From NCBI GenBank assembly GCA_963717905.1, contig CAVQXM010000003.1:41790-105789 (forward strand): a stretch of 64,000 nucleotides of DNA. Direction: 5' to 3'. This stretch comes from an uncultured Alphaproteobacteria bacterium. GTDB taxonomy: Bacteria; Pseudomonadota; Alphaproteobacteria; Rhizobiales; Xanthobacteraceae. The notes below the pieces were generated by a model. The model saw only the letters and a list, made by a program, of their open reading frames with translations. It ran no database searches and was not told the DNA's origin. Shown piece by piece: positions 24,810-35,467 of this stretch. How positions within the stretch are numbered: the stretch's first letter is position 1; the number at the start of each line of letters is the position of its first letter. The position numbers and the translations under genes are program-made.

Positions 24810-25577
24810 TCATCCCGCCACTGAATATCCGCCATCGACAGGAATGGCTGCGCCAGTGACGAAGTCGGATGCGGCGGAACTGAGAAACACGGCAATCCCG
24901 GCGAGATCATCCGGTTTGCCCCAGCGTGCGACAGGCGTGCGCGCCAGAACCTTGTCGTTCAAGCCGTCGACCTGTTCGCGGGCAGCTGCGGTCAGGTTGG
25001 TATCAATCCAGCCAGGCAGCACGGCGTTGCATTGAATATTATCGGGCGCCCAGGCAACGGCGCATGATTTTGTGAACTGCACGATGCCGCCTTTGCTCGC
25101 GGCATACACCGGTGCGTAGGCCGCGCCGAAGATCGACATCATTGACCCGATGTTGATGATCTTGCCGCCGCCGTTGGCTTTCATTTCGGGATAGACAGCT
25201 TGCGAGCAGAGAAAGGCGCTCGTCAGATTTGTCGCCATCACGCGCTCCCATTCGGCGAGCGAGAGTTGGTGCGGCGGTTTGCGAACGCTGATGCCGGCGT
25301 TGTTGATCAGGATATCGATACGCCCGAACTTGGCCTTCACCTCGGCGAGCATCGCCGTGACCGCCTCGGTACTTGTCACATCCGCTGTCACCGCGATCGC
25401 CTTGACGCCACTTGCAGCGAGGTCCTTGGCGACGGCATCGGACTTGGCGCTGTCGCGGCCGACGATGGCGATGGAAGCGCCGGCTGCTGCCAGGCCGCGC
25501 GCCATGCCAAGGCCAATGCCGCCATTGCCGCCGGTGACGATGGCCGTGCGGCCAGTCAGATCAAACAAACCAGACAT
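24810..25577 (-). CDS. SDR oxidoreductase, paralog of 22535..23302
   Basis: TGGNGGIG, NNAG, YAASK. Confidence 0.92.
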   Translation of the reverse strand: MSGLFDLTGRTAIVTGGNGGIGLGMARGLAAAGASIAIVGRDSAKSDAVAKDLAASGVKAIAVTADVTSTEAVTAMLAEVKAKFGRIDILINNAGISVRKPPHQLSLAEWERVMATNLTSAFLCSQAVYPEMKANGGGKIINIGSMMSIFGAAYAPVYAASKGGIVQFTKSCAVAWAPDNIQCNAVLPGWIDTNLTAAAREQVDGLNDKVLARTPVARWGKPDDLAGIAVFLSSAASDFVTGAAIPVDGGYSVAG

Positions 25578-25752
25578 CAACGCCTCTCCCATCTGCAGAC
25601 GCGCTGTTTTTTGCCCGGCTGAGAGATCCTCTCGGCCGGAGTGCGCGTCGTTATTCACGGCGGATTGTTGCAATCCTGATGACAAGATGGAAGAGCGGAA
25701 TTGCAGGCGAAGCAGCCCGCAAGGGAAGGGCGGCCAAAGCCGCCCCTCGGGA

Positions 25753-27825
25753 TCAGACGTCGAGCATGTCGTCGTTGGCGAATTCGGCGCGCTCGGTGAT
25801 GAAGGCGAAGCGTGCGTCGGCCTTCGTGCCCATCAGCCGCTCGACCGAGATCGCGGTCTCTTCTCGCTCGTCAGTCGCCAGCACCACCCGCAGCAGGGTT
25901 CGCTTCGCCGGATCCATGGTGGTCTCTTTGAGCTGCGCAGGCATCATCTCGCCGAGGCCCTTGAAGCGACCGATATCAACCTTGGCGTTGGCGTTGAACT
26001 CACGCTTCAGCAACTCGTCGCGGTGCGTGTCGTCGCGCGCATAGACAGTCTTGCTGCCATGGGTCAGGCGATACAGCGGCGGCACGGCGAGATAGAGATG
26101 CCCCTCGTCGATCAGCTTCGGCGTTTGCCGATAGAAGAAGGTGATGAGCAGCGAAGCGATATGGGCGCCGTCGACGTCGGCGTCGGTCATGATGATGATG
26201 CGGGAGTAGCGCAGGTCCTCTTCGCGGTACTGTGCGCCAGTGTTGCAGCCGATCGCCTGCAGCAGATCCTGGATCTGCTGGTTGGCGACAACCTTGTCCC
26301 GCGTCGCCGAGGCGACGTTGAGGATCTTGCCACGCAGCGGCAGGATCGCCTGGGTCTTGCGGTCGCGCGCCTGCTTGGCGCTGCCACCGGCCGAGTCGCC
26401 CTCGACCAGGAATAGCTCCGAGCCTTCGGTTGCGGTGTTGCTGCAATCGGCGAGCTTGCCGGGCAGGCGAAGCTTCTTGACGGCTGACTTGCGCGAGGTC
26501 TCTTTCTCGGCCCGGCGGCGCAGGCGTTCGTCCGCCCGCTCAACCACAAACTCGAGCAGCTTGTTGGCCTGCACCGGATTGCCGGACAGCCAGTGGTCGA
26601 ACGGGTCCTTGATGGCCTGTTCAACGATCTTTTGCGCTTCAGCAGTCGCCAGCCGGTCCTTGGTCTGGCCCTGGAATTCGGGCTCGCGAATGAAGACCGA
26701 CAGCATCACGGCTGCGCCGACCATCACGTCTTCCGAGGTGATGGAGCTGGCCCGCTTGCCCTGGCCGACGCGCTCGGCGTGATCTTTCAGGCCGCGGAGC
26801 AGGGCGCTGCGCATGCCGGCTTCGTGCGTGCCGCCGTCTGGCGTCGGCACGGTGTTGGTGTAGGACGACAGGAAGCCATCGGCATCCGCGGTCCAGGCGA
26901 CAGCCCATTCGCAGGTGCCGTGCGAGCCGTTGCGGCCAGATTTGCCGGAAAATATATCCGGGTGAACAAGCGTGTCGCTATGAATGGCGGCGGCGAGATA
27001 GTCCTTCAACCCGCCCGGGAAGTGGAACACATCGTCGGACGGAATCCCCTCGATCCCGCGCAGCAGCTCCGGATCGCAATGCCAGCGGATTTCCACGCCG
27101 CCAAACAAATAGGCTTTCGACCGCGCCATCTTGAACAGGCGTTGCGGTTTGAACGCGGCCTTGGCGCCAAAGATCTCGGTATCCGGCTTGAAGCGCACGC
27201 GAGTGCCGCGCCGGTTGTGAACCTTGCCGAGGCTTTCCAGTTTGCCCTGCGGAATGCCGCGCGCGAAGGTCATCCTGTAGAGCTGCTGGTTGCGGGCGAC
27301 CTCGACCTCACAAAGCGACGACAGCGCGTTGACCACCGACACACCGACGCCGTGCAACCCGCCCGAGGTCTCGTAAACCTTGGAGTTGAATTTGCCGCCC
27401 GCGTGCAGCGTGCACATGATCACTTCAAGCGCGGATTGCTTCGGGTGTTTCGGATGCGGATCGATCGGGATCCCGCGCCCGTTGTCGCTGACGGTCAGGA
27501 AGCCATCGGCGGACAGCGTCACTTCGATGAAGGTCGCATGTCCTGCCAGCGCCTCGTCCATCGAGTTGTCGATCACCTCTGCGAACAGATGGTGCATCGC
27601 CTTTTCGTCAGTGCCGCCGATGTACATGCCGGGACGGCGGCGAACTGGCTCGAGCCCCTCAAGCACCTCGATGTCGGCAGCGGTGTACCCGTCCTCAGAG
27701 CCCGCGCTGCGGGGCGCAGCCTTCGCTGGAGCAGGTTTGCCGGGCGCTGCCGTCTTGGGCGCTTCCGCGCCAAACAGATCATCGGAAACTTTTGTTTTCT
27801 TAACAGTTTTCAACGGCTTATTCAT
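25753..27825 (-). CDS. parE: DNA topoisomerase IV subunit B
   Basis: RRRPGMYIG, EVIDNSMDE, VEGDSAGG, DADVDG; short form without the GyrB insertion. Confidence 0.95.
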   Translation of the reverse strand: MNKPLKTVKKTKVSDDLFGAEAPKTAAPGKPAPAKAAPRSAGSEDGYTAADIEVLEGLEPVRRRPGMYIGGTDEKAMHHLFAEVIDNSMDEALAGHATFIEVTLSADGFLTVSDNGRGIPIDPHPKHPKQSALEVIMCTLHAGGKFNSKVYETSGGLHGVGVSVVNALSSLCEVEVARNQQLYRMTFARGIPQGKLESLGKVHNRRGTRVRFKPDTEIFGAKAAFKPQRLFKMARSKAYLFGGVEIRWHCDPELLRGIEGIPSDDVFHFPGGLKDYLAAAIHSDTLVHPDIFSGKSGRNGSHGTCEWAVAWTADADGFLSSYTNTVPTPDGGTHEAGMRSALLRGLKDHAERVGQGKRASSITSEDVMVGAAVMLSVFIREPEFQGQTKDRLATAEAQKIVEQAIKDPFDHWLSGNPVQANKLLEFVVERADERLRRRAEKETSRKSAVKKLRLPGKLADCSNTATEGSELFLVEGDSAGGSAKQARDRKTQAILPLRGKILNVASATRDKVVANQQIQDLLQAIGCNTGAQYREEDLRYSRIIIMTDADVDGAHIASLLITFFYRQTPKLIDEGHLYLAVPPLYRLTHGSKTVYARDDTHRDELLKREFNANAKVDIGRFKGLGEMMPAQLKETTMDPAKRTLLRVVLATDEREETAISVERLMGTKADARFAFITERAEFANDDMLDV

Positions 27826-27906
27826 CTTTGAGGTAAGCAGGAGGGGCCCCAGCCGGGCGATTCGTTATCTTGACTATGCCACGGCTGGGTTGAAATTGGG
27901 GTAACG

Positions 27907-28308
27907 CTAGGGTTGGCTGGCTGCGGTCGCTGAACCGGGCAGATCATGCGCCGTCTGGATTGTTATGATGAGAAACAGCAGGACCGCCACTGTCGTGATG
28001 ATGCCGCCAATCACCGGAAAGGCCTCATAACTACGGCCGTGGATCAGGACAAGGCAAATTCCGGCGGGGAGCAGGATTGCGCCGATGCCCTGAAGGACGC
28101 CTTGCGCCTTCGCGATACGTTTTCCGGCTGCGGCGGGAACGAGACGGTAATAAAGCCCCATCAGAAACAACAGGACGCCACCAAGTAAATTGAGATGGGC
28201 ATGAGCAGGGGCCAAGGTAAAGTTTTGGGTCATCCCCATGGCGATCCCGCCGAGCATCCCGATGAGGAGCAGCACGACGCTCCCGGAAATCATTGACGCA
28301 GCGAGCAT
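27907..28308 (-). CDS. Small four-TM membrane protein with HAHLNLLG motif
   Basis: Four hydrophobic segments; AGGAG RBS upstream. Confidence 0.8.
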   Translation of the reverse strand: MLAASMISGSVVLLLIGMLGGIAMGMTQNFTLAPAHAHLNLLGGVLLFLMGLYYRLVPAAAGKRIAKAQGVLQGIGAILLPAGICLVLIHGRSYEAFPVIGGIITTVAVLLFLIITIQTAHDLPGSATAASQP

Positions 28309-28548
28309 TTTTATCTCCTGAACACGTGTGTGACAGCGATGGTGCAGCCACCGCCGCGGCGCTTTGACGCCGATCGATTGTCGGAAAAGGCAGTGGAACG
28401 CGCTTGCGATCAGTTCGTGGAAACGACTAGGTATCGACGGGTTCAGTCAGAACATCCGCATGCATCACCTCGTCGGGGAGGCGCACGGAGGACCTGTTTA
28501 CCAAGGCACACTACCGCAGGTAGCAGGCAAGAGGTGGGAAAAGGTAGC

Positions 28549-29079
28549 ATGGGCGGCTGGTTTGACGTTCTCGTAGACTTCGTCCGGGCCAACCAGGCCT
28601 GGGCGGCGCCCATCATGTTCACCCTGGCGTTTGCCGAATCCCTTGCGTTTCTGTCGCTGATCGTTCCAGCCTGGGGCGCCCTGATCGCCATCGGCGCCAT
28701 GGTGGCGGCCAGCGATCTGCCATTCCTGCCGATCTGGCTGGCCGGTGCGGCTGGGGCGGCGCTGGGCGACTGGCTGTCCTACTGGTTCGGATTTCATTTC
28801 AAGGATCGCGCCCGTCAGATCTGGCCGCTCTCGAAGCATCCCGACATGCTGGTGCGTGGCGAGGCCTTCATCAGGCGCTGGGGCGTGCCCAGCATCTTTA
28901 TCGCCCGATTCAGTGGTCCATTGCGCGCGACGGTGCCGCTGGTCGCTGGTATCTTTGAGATGTCGTATTGGCGCTTCCAATTGGCCAATGTCACATCCGC
29001 GTTGGCGTGGGCAGCTATCCTGCTGATCTTCGGCGACACGCTGGCCGCCAGCCTGACCATGATGATGCCAAAACCATAA
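28549..29079 (+). CDS. DedA family membrane protein
   Basis: FAES...VP, GAALGDWLSY, ARFSGPLR. Confidence 0.9.
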   Translation: MGGWFDVLVDFVRANQAWAAPIMFTLAFAESLAFLSLIVPAWGALIAIGAMVAASDLPFLPIWLAGAAGAALGDWLSYWFGFHFKDRARQIWPLSKHPDMLVRGEAFIRRWGVPSIFIARFSGPLRATVPLVAGIFEMSYWRFQLANVTSALAWAAILLIFGDTLAASLTMMMPKP

Positions 29080-29198
29080 CGTCGCACTAGCCGATTTGCC
29101 GATTGCAGAGCCGCCCACGCTCACGACAAATTCACAGCCGAGATCTGAACCTTCCACGACCAACGGCCTTATCGGAACCTATTGAGGAGGGACGTTCC

Positions 29199-30188
29199 AT
29201 GGATCTATCACGCCGCACTGCACTCGCTGGCGTTGCAGCACTCGCCGTTGCGCCCATGCTGCGCCCCGGCGCGGCCCAGGCTGCGACGCCCCCGGCAACC
29301 AAGCAAGCCCCCAGCTTCTATCGCTACAAAGTCGGCGATATTCAGGTGAATGCTGTATCCGATGGCGCCAGTACGTTTCCACTGCCGGACAGTCTGGTGT
29401 CGAACGCATCGAAGGACGAGGTCAATGCCGCTCTGGCGCGGGCCTTCATGCCGAAGGACAAGATGACCATCCATTTTGCCCCGCTCGTGCTCAACACCGG
29501 CGGCAAGGTGGTGATGATCGATACGGGCAACGGGAAAGCGGCTTTCGCGGCCAGCAAGGGCAACGTCGGCCAGTTCGTCACCAATATGACCGCGGCCGGC
29601 TTCGACCCGACGACCGTCGATACGGTCGTGATCTCGCACTTCCACGGCGATCATATCAACGGTCTGGTTGATGCTGAAGGCAAGCCGGTCTATCCGAACG
29701 CCGAAGTGATGGTGCCCGCCGTCGAGTGGAAGTACTGGATGGATGACGGCGAGATGAGCCGCGCGCCAGCAGGTCGGCCGCAAGATGCTTTCAAGAACGC
29801 GCGCCGCGTGTTTGAGGCTGGGCTGGCCAAGAAGGTGACGCCTTACGAATGGGACAAGGATGTCGTCCCGGGCCTCCGCGCGGTCAACGCTGCGGGTCAC
29901 ACGCCGGGACACACCGCCTACATTCTCTCCTCCGGCAATGAGACGGTCTTCATCCAGTCCGATATCACCAACCATCCATCGCTGTTCGTCGCCAACCCCG
30001 GCTGGCATCTGATGTTTGATCAGGACCCGAATGCCGCTGAAGCCGTCCGGCGCAAGACCTATGACATGCTGGTGGCAGATCGGATGCGGGTGCAGGGCTA
30101 CCACCATCCGTTCCCGGCGAACAGTTTTGTCGAGCGCGCTGGCGAGGGCTATCGGCTGGTCCCGGCGCCCTGGAGCCCGGTGCTCTAG
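29199..30188 (+). CDS. Tat-exported MBL-fold metallo-hydrolase
   Basis: SRRTAL signal; SHFHGDH, GHTPGH. Confidence 0.92.
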   Translation: MDLSRRTALAGVAALAVAPMLRPGAAQAATPPATKQAPSFYRYKVGDIQVNAVSDGASTFPLPDSLVSNASKDEVNAALARAFMPKDKMTIHFAPLVLNTGGKVVMIDTGNGKAAFAASKGNVGQFVTNMTAAGFDPTTVDTVVISHFHGDHINGLVDAEGKPVYPNAEVMVPAVEWKYWMDDGEMSRAPAGRPQDAFKNARRVFEAGLAKKVTPYEWDKDVVPGLRAVNAAGHTPGHTAYILSSGNETVFIQSDITNHPSLFVANPGWHLMFDQDPNAAEAVRRKTYDMLVADRMRVQGYHHPFPANSFVERAGEGYRLVPAPWSPVL

Positions 30189-30319
30189 TCGGTCTGCGAT
30201 CTTGCAACTGATCCTCATGCGCCGCCACCTCCGCCAATGTCCGGCAGGGGTGGCGATGCACTCCGACGAGGTGCAGTCGACAATTGCCCTTGACGGTTGC
30301 GCCGCGAGGGGACTAACAC

Positions 30320-30450
30320 ATGGCCATGATCATCGTCGCAACCATCGCCATTGCCCGCCGCCGCCGTACTTTCGCGGCAGCTGGAGACGTTCGCGCCTGA
30401 GATCGTCCTTCCCCTGCCGCCGGATTTGGTCCGCGGCAATCATTTCCTGA
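30320..30450 (+). promoter_or_regulatory. Arg-rich leader peptide (30320..30400) with attenuator-like alternative hairpins
   Basis: MAMIIVATIAIARRRRTFAAAGDVRA*; mutually exclusive GCCGC / GCGGCAG / CTGCCGC / GCGGCA segments. Confidence 0.65.
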
Positions 30451-30502
30451 AAAGCCTCGCGATCCGGTCCGGCCTCATCCGCCATCGAATCCGGAGCACG
30501 TG

Positions 30503-31159
30503 ATGTACACCCCGCCAGCATTCAGATCTGATCGCAGCGCCAGCCTCGCGCTTGCATCCGCGCGTGGCTTTGGAACGGTGTGCGCATGGAATGGCCGTCG
30601 TATCGTTGCATCGTCGCTGCCATTCGTTGTGTCGTCGGCTAATGACGGAACGCCGCAGCTCGCTTTTCATGTCGCCCGGCAGAATGACCTCGTCGCCCTC
30701 GCGGACGGTCAGTCGCCGTGGATGATGTCGGTGACCGGCGCGGACGCTTACGTCTCGGCGGACTGGTACATTTCGCCGGATCAGGTTCCGACATGGCTTT
30801 ACACGGCTGCTCAATTCAGCGGTCCGGTGCGGGCGATGTCGCCAGTTGAGCTCACCGATCATCTGGACATGCTCAGCGACGAGTTCGAGGAGCGGTTGTT
30901 GCCCAAACCGATCTGGAAGTCAGCGAAGATGACAGCCGCACGGCTGGAGACGATGAAACGGGCAATTGTCGGCCTCGTGATGACAGTCGATGAGGTCGAA
31001 GGCAGCCGCAAACTGAACCAGCACAAATCCGCTGTTGATTTTGCTGCGATTGCAGCCCATCTGGCACTGCAGCCAGATGCCGCGTCGCAGGTGATTGCCG
31101 GCCACATGCGGGCTGAAAAGCCTGAACTATTTGCATCGCAGTCAATGCGGAATGATTGA
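30503..31159 (+). CDS. PaiB-like FMN-binding protein
   Basis: MYTPPAF, FHVARQN, YVSADWY, VPTW, KLNQ. Confidence 0.88.
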   Translation: MYTPPAFRSDRSASLALASARGFGTVCAWNGRRIVASSLPFVVSSANDGTPQLAFHVARQNDLVALADGQSPWMMSVTGADAYVSADWYISPDQVPTWLYTAAQFSGPVRAMSPVELTDHLDMLSDEFEERLLPKPIWKSAKMTAARLETMKRAIVGLVMTVDEVEGSRKLNQHKSAVDFAAIAAHLALQPDAASQVIAGHMRAEKPELFASQSMRND

Positions 31160-31181
31160 GAAGGCCAGAAGGAACGGTTTG

Positions 31182-32240
31182 ATGAGCACGAAGAAGAAGA
31201 TCGGGATTCTTGGGGCGTCCGGCTACACGGGAGCTGAACTGGTACGTTTGCTGCTGCGCCATCCACATGTCGAACTCACGCTGCTGACGGCTGACCGCAA
31301 GGCGGGGCAATCGATGGGTGAGGTCTTCCCGCAGTTCGCGCCATATAACCTGCCGAAGCTCGTCACCATCGACTCGGTGGATTGGGCCAATGCGGATCTG
31401 GATCTGCTGTTCTGCGCCTTGCCGCACGCCACCACGCAGACGGTTTTGAAGGATGTGCTTGCCAAGAATGCGACCATCAAGGTCGTCGATCTCTCGGCGG
31501 ACTTCCGCCTGATTGATCCTGACGCCTACGCCAAGTGGTACGGCCATGAGCATCATGCGCTCGAACTGCAGGATGAGGCGATCTACGGCCTTGTCGAAGT
31601 GTATCGCGACGAGATCCGCAACGCGCGGCTGGTCGCCAATCCGGGCTGCTACACGTCATGTGCCCAGCTTCCGCTGGTGCCCTTGCTGAAGGCGCGCGCC
31701 ATCAATCCCGACGAGATCGTCATCGACGCCAAGTCGGGCGAAACCGGCGCCGGACGCTCGGCGAAGGAGGACAATCTGTTCTCCGAGGTGTCCGATGGCT
31801 TCAAGGCCTATGGCGTTGGCCACCATCGCCACATGGCCGAACTCGACCAGGAGTTTGCGCGCGCAGCCGGTCGCGACGTTGTCGTGTCGTTCACACCGCA
31901 TCTGCTGCCGGTCAATCGCGGCATTCTGTCGACGATCTATGTGCGCGGCGCGAATGGAAAGTCGGCGGAGGACATGCACGCGATCCTGACAGCGCAGTAT
32001 CAGGACGAGCCTTTTGTCTATGTGCTGCCGTTCGGCAAGACGCCGCATACCCAGCACGTCCGTGGCTCCAACATGACCTTCATCGGTGTCGTCGCGGATC
32101 GTATCCCGGGCCGCGCGATCATCGTGGCGGTGCTGGACAACCTGACCAAGGGTGCGTCGGGGCAGGCTATTCAGAACATGAATCTGGTTCTGGATCTGCC
32201 GGAGACGGCGGGCATCGACCAGGCGCCGATGTTCCCGTGA
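31182..32240 (+). CDS. argC: N-acetyl-gamma-glutamyl-phosphate reductase
   Basis: GASGYTG, DLSADFRL, ANPGCY, DNLTKGASGQA. Confidence 0.97.
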   Translation: MSTKKKIGILGASGYTGAELVRLLLRHPHVELTLLTADRKAGQSMGEVFPQFAPYNLPKLVTIDSVDWANADLDLLFCALPHATTQTVLKDVLAKNATIKVVDLSADFRLIDPDAYAKWYGHEHHALELQDEAIYGLVEVYRDEIRNARLVANPGCYTSCAQLPLVPLLKARAINPDEIVIDAKSGETGAGRSAKEDNLFSEVSDGFKAYGVGHHRHMAELDQEFARAAGRDVVVSFTPHLLPVNRGILSTIYVRGANGKSAEDMHAILTAQYQDEPFVYVLPFGKTPHTQHVRGSNMTFIGVVADRIPGRAIIVAVLDNLTKGASGQAIQNMNLVLDLPETAGIDQAPMFP

Positions 32241-32260
32241 GCCAGCGCGCTCAATGAAAG

Positions 32261-32297
32261 AAAGCCGGCCGGCGCCACCGCGCGCTCGCCGGCTTTT
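32261..32297. terminator. Bidirectional terminator-like hairpin
   Basis: AAAGCCGGC...GCCGGCTTTT. Confidence 0.65.
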
Positions 32298-32335
32298 CTG
32301 TATCCGCAATGATCCCGCAGCCGCGAGGCTGTCGC

Positions 32336-32734
32336 TCAGGCGTACATCAGGATGACGCCTGCCAGAACGGCCTGCGCGACAAAGCCTACTGTGAAGGTCA
32401 GAGTTCGAAGAACGGGGACGCCGAGTGTGTAGACGATCGCATGGGCGAGGCGGGTCCAGAAATATACCTGGCAGGCGACAACCGTCGTCATGCTGGAGTA
32501 ATCGGCCAGATTGAGAATGATCACCAGCGGCGCGAACACCACGAGATTTTCAACGGCATTGTCGTGGGCGAACATCATGCGGTTGGCCCAGGCGTCGTGG
32601 GGCGTCTGATCCCGCGTCGGGTTCGCCATGGTCCCGCCAAGGCCGCGCACCTTGACGCGATCGAGGACGTAAGGGAGCCACATGATCCCGGTCAGGATCA
32701 CTGTGAGTGTCAGCCAGAACAATTCCCGTGTCAT
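32336..32734 (-). CDS. MAPEG family membrane protein
   Basis: AHDNAVENL, RLAH...Y. Confidence 0.88.
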   Translation of the reverse strand: MTRELFWLTLTVILTGIMWLPYVLDRVKVRGLGGTMANPTRDQTPHDAWANRMMFAHDNAVENLVVFAPLVIILNLADYSSMTTVVACQVYFWTRLAHAIVYTLGVPVLRTLTFTVGFVAQAVLAGVILMYA

Positions 32735-32849
32735 GGTCGCCCATCCTTCGGTTTCGCTTGCGCTGACGTCACCTGTCGCTTCACGCAGGCTCTTTTATGA
32801 AAAAACCGGCGCCACATGGACGCCGGTTGCGAATGATCTCGTTAGATTG

Positions 32850-34661
32850 TCAGGCCCTCACGCGAACGTAAGAGCCCGGCGCATCCTCGATCGGCGGCAT
32901 GGAGTTGGTCCCGACCGGGCGCGCTGGGACCTCTTCCGGATCAAGGCTCGACAACCATGCCCGCCAATCCGGCCACCACGACCCGCTGTGCTCCTGAGCG
33001 TGCTTCAGCCAATCGTCGAGGTCTGCCGCGTGAATGTTGTCATTGGTCCAGTATTGATACTTGTTCGAGGCGGGGGGATTGACCACGCCAGCGATATGAC
33101 CCGAGCCCGACAGCACGTAACGCACCGGCCCGCCGAAGAACTGTGATCCGTACAGCACCGATTGTGCCGGTGCGATGTGATCCTCGCGGGTCGCCAGATT
33201 GTAAACCGGCACCTTGACCTTCGACAGGTCCAGGGTTTCGCCATCGAGCACCATCGTTCCGGCAGACAGGCGGTTTTCGAGATAGCAATTGCGAAGGTAG
33301 TAGGAATGGTTCGCCGCCGGCATCCGCGTTGCGTCTGAATTCCAGTGCAGCAGGTCGAAGGCCGCAGGCTGCTGGCCCTTGAGGTAATTGTTGATCACGT
33401 AGGACCAGATCAGATCGTTCGAGCGCAGCATGTTGAAAGCCATCGCCATCTTGCTGCCTTCGAGCACGCCGCTCTGCTGCATCTCGTCTTCGAGCGCCTT
33501 GATCTGATCCTCGTCGACAAACACCATCAGGTCGCCGGCATGAGAAAAGTCGACCTGAGCCGCCAGGAAGGTCGCGGATGCGGTGCGGACGCGACGCTTG
33601 GCGGCCAGCCATGCGTGGGTCGACGCCAGCAGCGTGCCGCCAACGCAATAACCGATGGTGTGAACCTTCAGCTCGCCCGTCACCTGCTCGATGACATCCA
33701 TCGCGGCGAGGGGGCCTTCCTTCATGTAATCGGCAAAGCTTTTCTGACCAAGCTGCTTGTCCGGGTTGACCCAGGAGATGACGAACACCGTCAGCCCCTG
33801 ATCAACGCACCACTTGATGAAGGATTTTTCCGGCTTGAGGTCGAGGATGTAGAACTTGTTGATCCACGGCGGCACGATCAGCAACGGCGTCCGCAAGACG
33901 TTCGGCGTTGATGGTTCATACTGGATGAGCTGCATCACGTCGTTCTGAAAGATCACCTTGCCCGGGGTGGTCGCCATATTCACGCCAACGACAAGGTTGG
34001 CAGGGTCTGACTGGCGAATCCGCAGGTTGCCGCTTTCGCTGTCGATATCCTCAGCGAGCATCTGCATGCCGCGAACCAGATTGCTGGCATTGGATGCGAC
34101 TGTCTCGCGCAGCAGCTCCGGGTTGGTCATGACGAAGTTGGAGGGTGACAGCGCGTTGCTGATCTGGCGCATGTAGAACTCGGCCTTCGCCCGCGTGTGC
34201 GGATCGAGACCCTCGGCATTGCGGACGAGTTCGTCAGCCCATTTCGTCGTCAGCAGATAGGCCTGCATCACGAAGTCAAAAAACTGGTTGGACCGCCACT
34301 CCGGATCGCGAAAGCGTTTATCGACGATGGGGCCGTCGGCTGGCACCGCGCTGTCTTCGCCCGACATGCGCCGCGCGGCAGCGCCCCACAATTCCAGATA
34401 GGATTTGCCAAGCTTCATTTGCAATTCGGCGGACCGGACCGGGTCCGTGAGCCAATATTGCGCGATCACGCCGAACGTCTTGATGACTTCGGTCACTTCA
34501 CTCGGGGGCTTCTCGGTGTGTCTCTCGCGCGGCTTCAGATAGGCCGCGAGCGCCTTGCCGCTATTTTCCAGGGCTTTCGCCAGGTTGAGGGCGAAGACTT
34601 CCGGGTCAAACTTCTTGTCGGTTTTCGGCTCGGTGGTCACGCTGTTCATGGCGATGCACAA
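32850..34661 (-). CDS. phaC: Class I PHA synthase
   Basis: [29 protein letters not shown]. Confidence 0.96.
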   Translation of the reverse strand: MCIAMNSVTTEPKTDKKFDPEVFALNLAKALENSGKALAAYLKPRERHTEKPPSEVTEVIKTFGVIAQYWLTDPVRSAELQMKLGKSYLELWGAAARRMSGEDSAVPADGPIVDKRFRDPEWRSNQFFDFVMQAYLLTTKWADELVRNAEGLDPHTRAKAEFYMRQISNALSPSNFVMTNPELLRETVASNASNLVRGMQMLAEDIDSESGNLRIRQSDPANLVVGVNMATTPGKVIFQNDVMQLIQYEPSTPNVLRTPLLIVPPWINKFYILDLKPEKSFIKWCVDQGLTVFVISWVNPDKQLGQKSFADYMKEGPLAAMDVIEQVTGELKVHTIGYCVGGTLLASTHAWLAAKRRVRTASATFLAAQVDFSHAGDLMVFVDEDQIKALEDEMQQSGVLEGSKMAMAFNMLRSNDLIWSYVINNYLKGQQPAAFDLLHWNSDATRMPAANHSYYLRNCYLENRLSAGTMVLDGETLDLSKVKVPVYNLATREDHIAPAQSVLYGSQFFGGPVRYVLSGSGHIAGVVNPPASNKYQYWTNDNIHAADLDDWLKHAQEHSGSWWPDWRAWLSSLDPEEVPARPVGTNSMPPIEDAPGSYVRVRA

Positions 34662-34944
34662 TGAGTTGGAGCAGATGATGCTGGGTCATCACACCAGACA
34701 ATGATGGCACGAATCCAGACGGTGTGGTGGAGCAATTCATAGTCCGGAGGGTTATTTGATGCAGTCACCTGGCAGGATATGGTGGCGGTCCTTCGATGTT
34801 GCAGGCGGCGCAAGCTTGGATACGCCGCAATTTAACTGTAGGGGGATTTCGTTGCACAGGCGGGTAAATTAATCGCCATCGTTTATTGAGTGTCGTAACA
34901 GTGTGCGCCTGCGAAGACGACGCGTCGCAAAGGATCTTCCGGAT

Positions 34945-35388
34945 ATGACCGCGCGGATAAACTTAACCCGGTCGCTTTTCATCGCTGGCGCGCTCGTGCT
35001 TGCACCAGCGCTGGGTGGCTGCGGATCGATGATCGCGGATCTTCCGGTCGTTGGCTTGCCAACCGGCGCGCCGGCGCGGCCTGCAGATTCCGGCGCATTT
35101 TTGCCGGTGCACGATGTTCCGGACAGCAAACCGAACCAGACCTTGTCCAATGATGAATTGGCGCGCGTTCAGGCTGAACTGGTGGCCGCGCGGGATCGTC
35201 AGGCTGTGCCAGTTGCACCCGCACCGGCATCACCCACGACAGCAGAGAAAATAACCCGTAAACATCTAGCGTCCGTAGGGTTACGTGCTAGAACGGACAT
35301 GATTCAACCGCATGTCTGGACAATCCTGATAGGGCGGGTCGGGTTACCTCTGGTTGGTGCATTGTTCACCGTTTTCGGTGTTCACTGA
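34945..35388 (+). CDS. Putative lipoprotein (may really end at 35254 if one A is an error)
   Basis: Signal peptide with LGGC lipobox; GAGAAAATAA near 35250. Confidence 0.6.
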   Translation: MTARINLTRSLFIAGALVLAPALGGCGSMIADLPVVGLPTGAPARPADSGAFLPVHDVPDSKPNQTLSNDELARVQAELVAARDRQAVPVAPAPASPTTAEKITRKHLASVGLRARTDMIQPHVWTILIGRVGLPLVGALFTVFGVH

Positions 35389-35467
35389 TCGGAATCAAGT
35401 GCGGGACCTGAAACGTCAGCGCGTTGATCACCCCGTCATCCCCGTACCGGTTCCGGAGCCTGGACCA

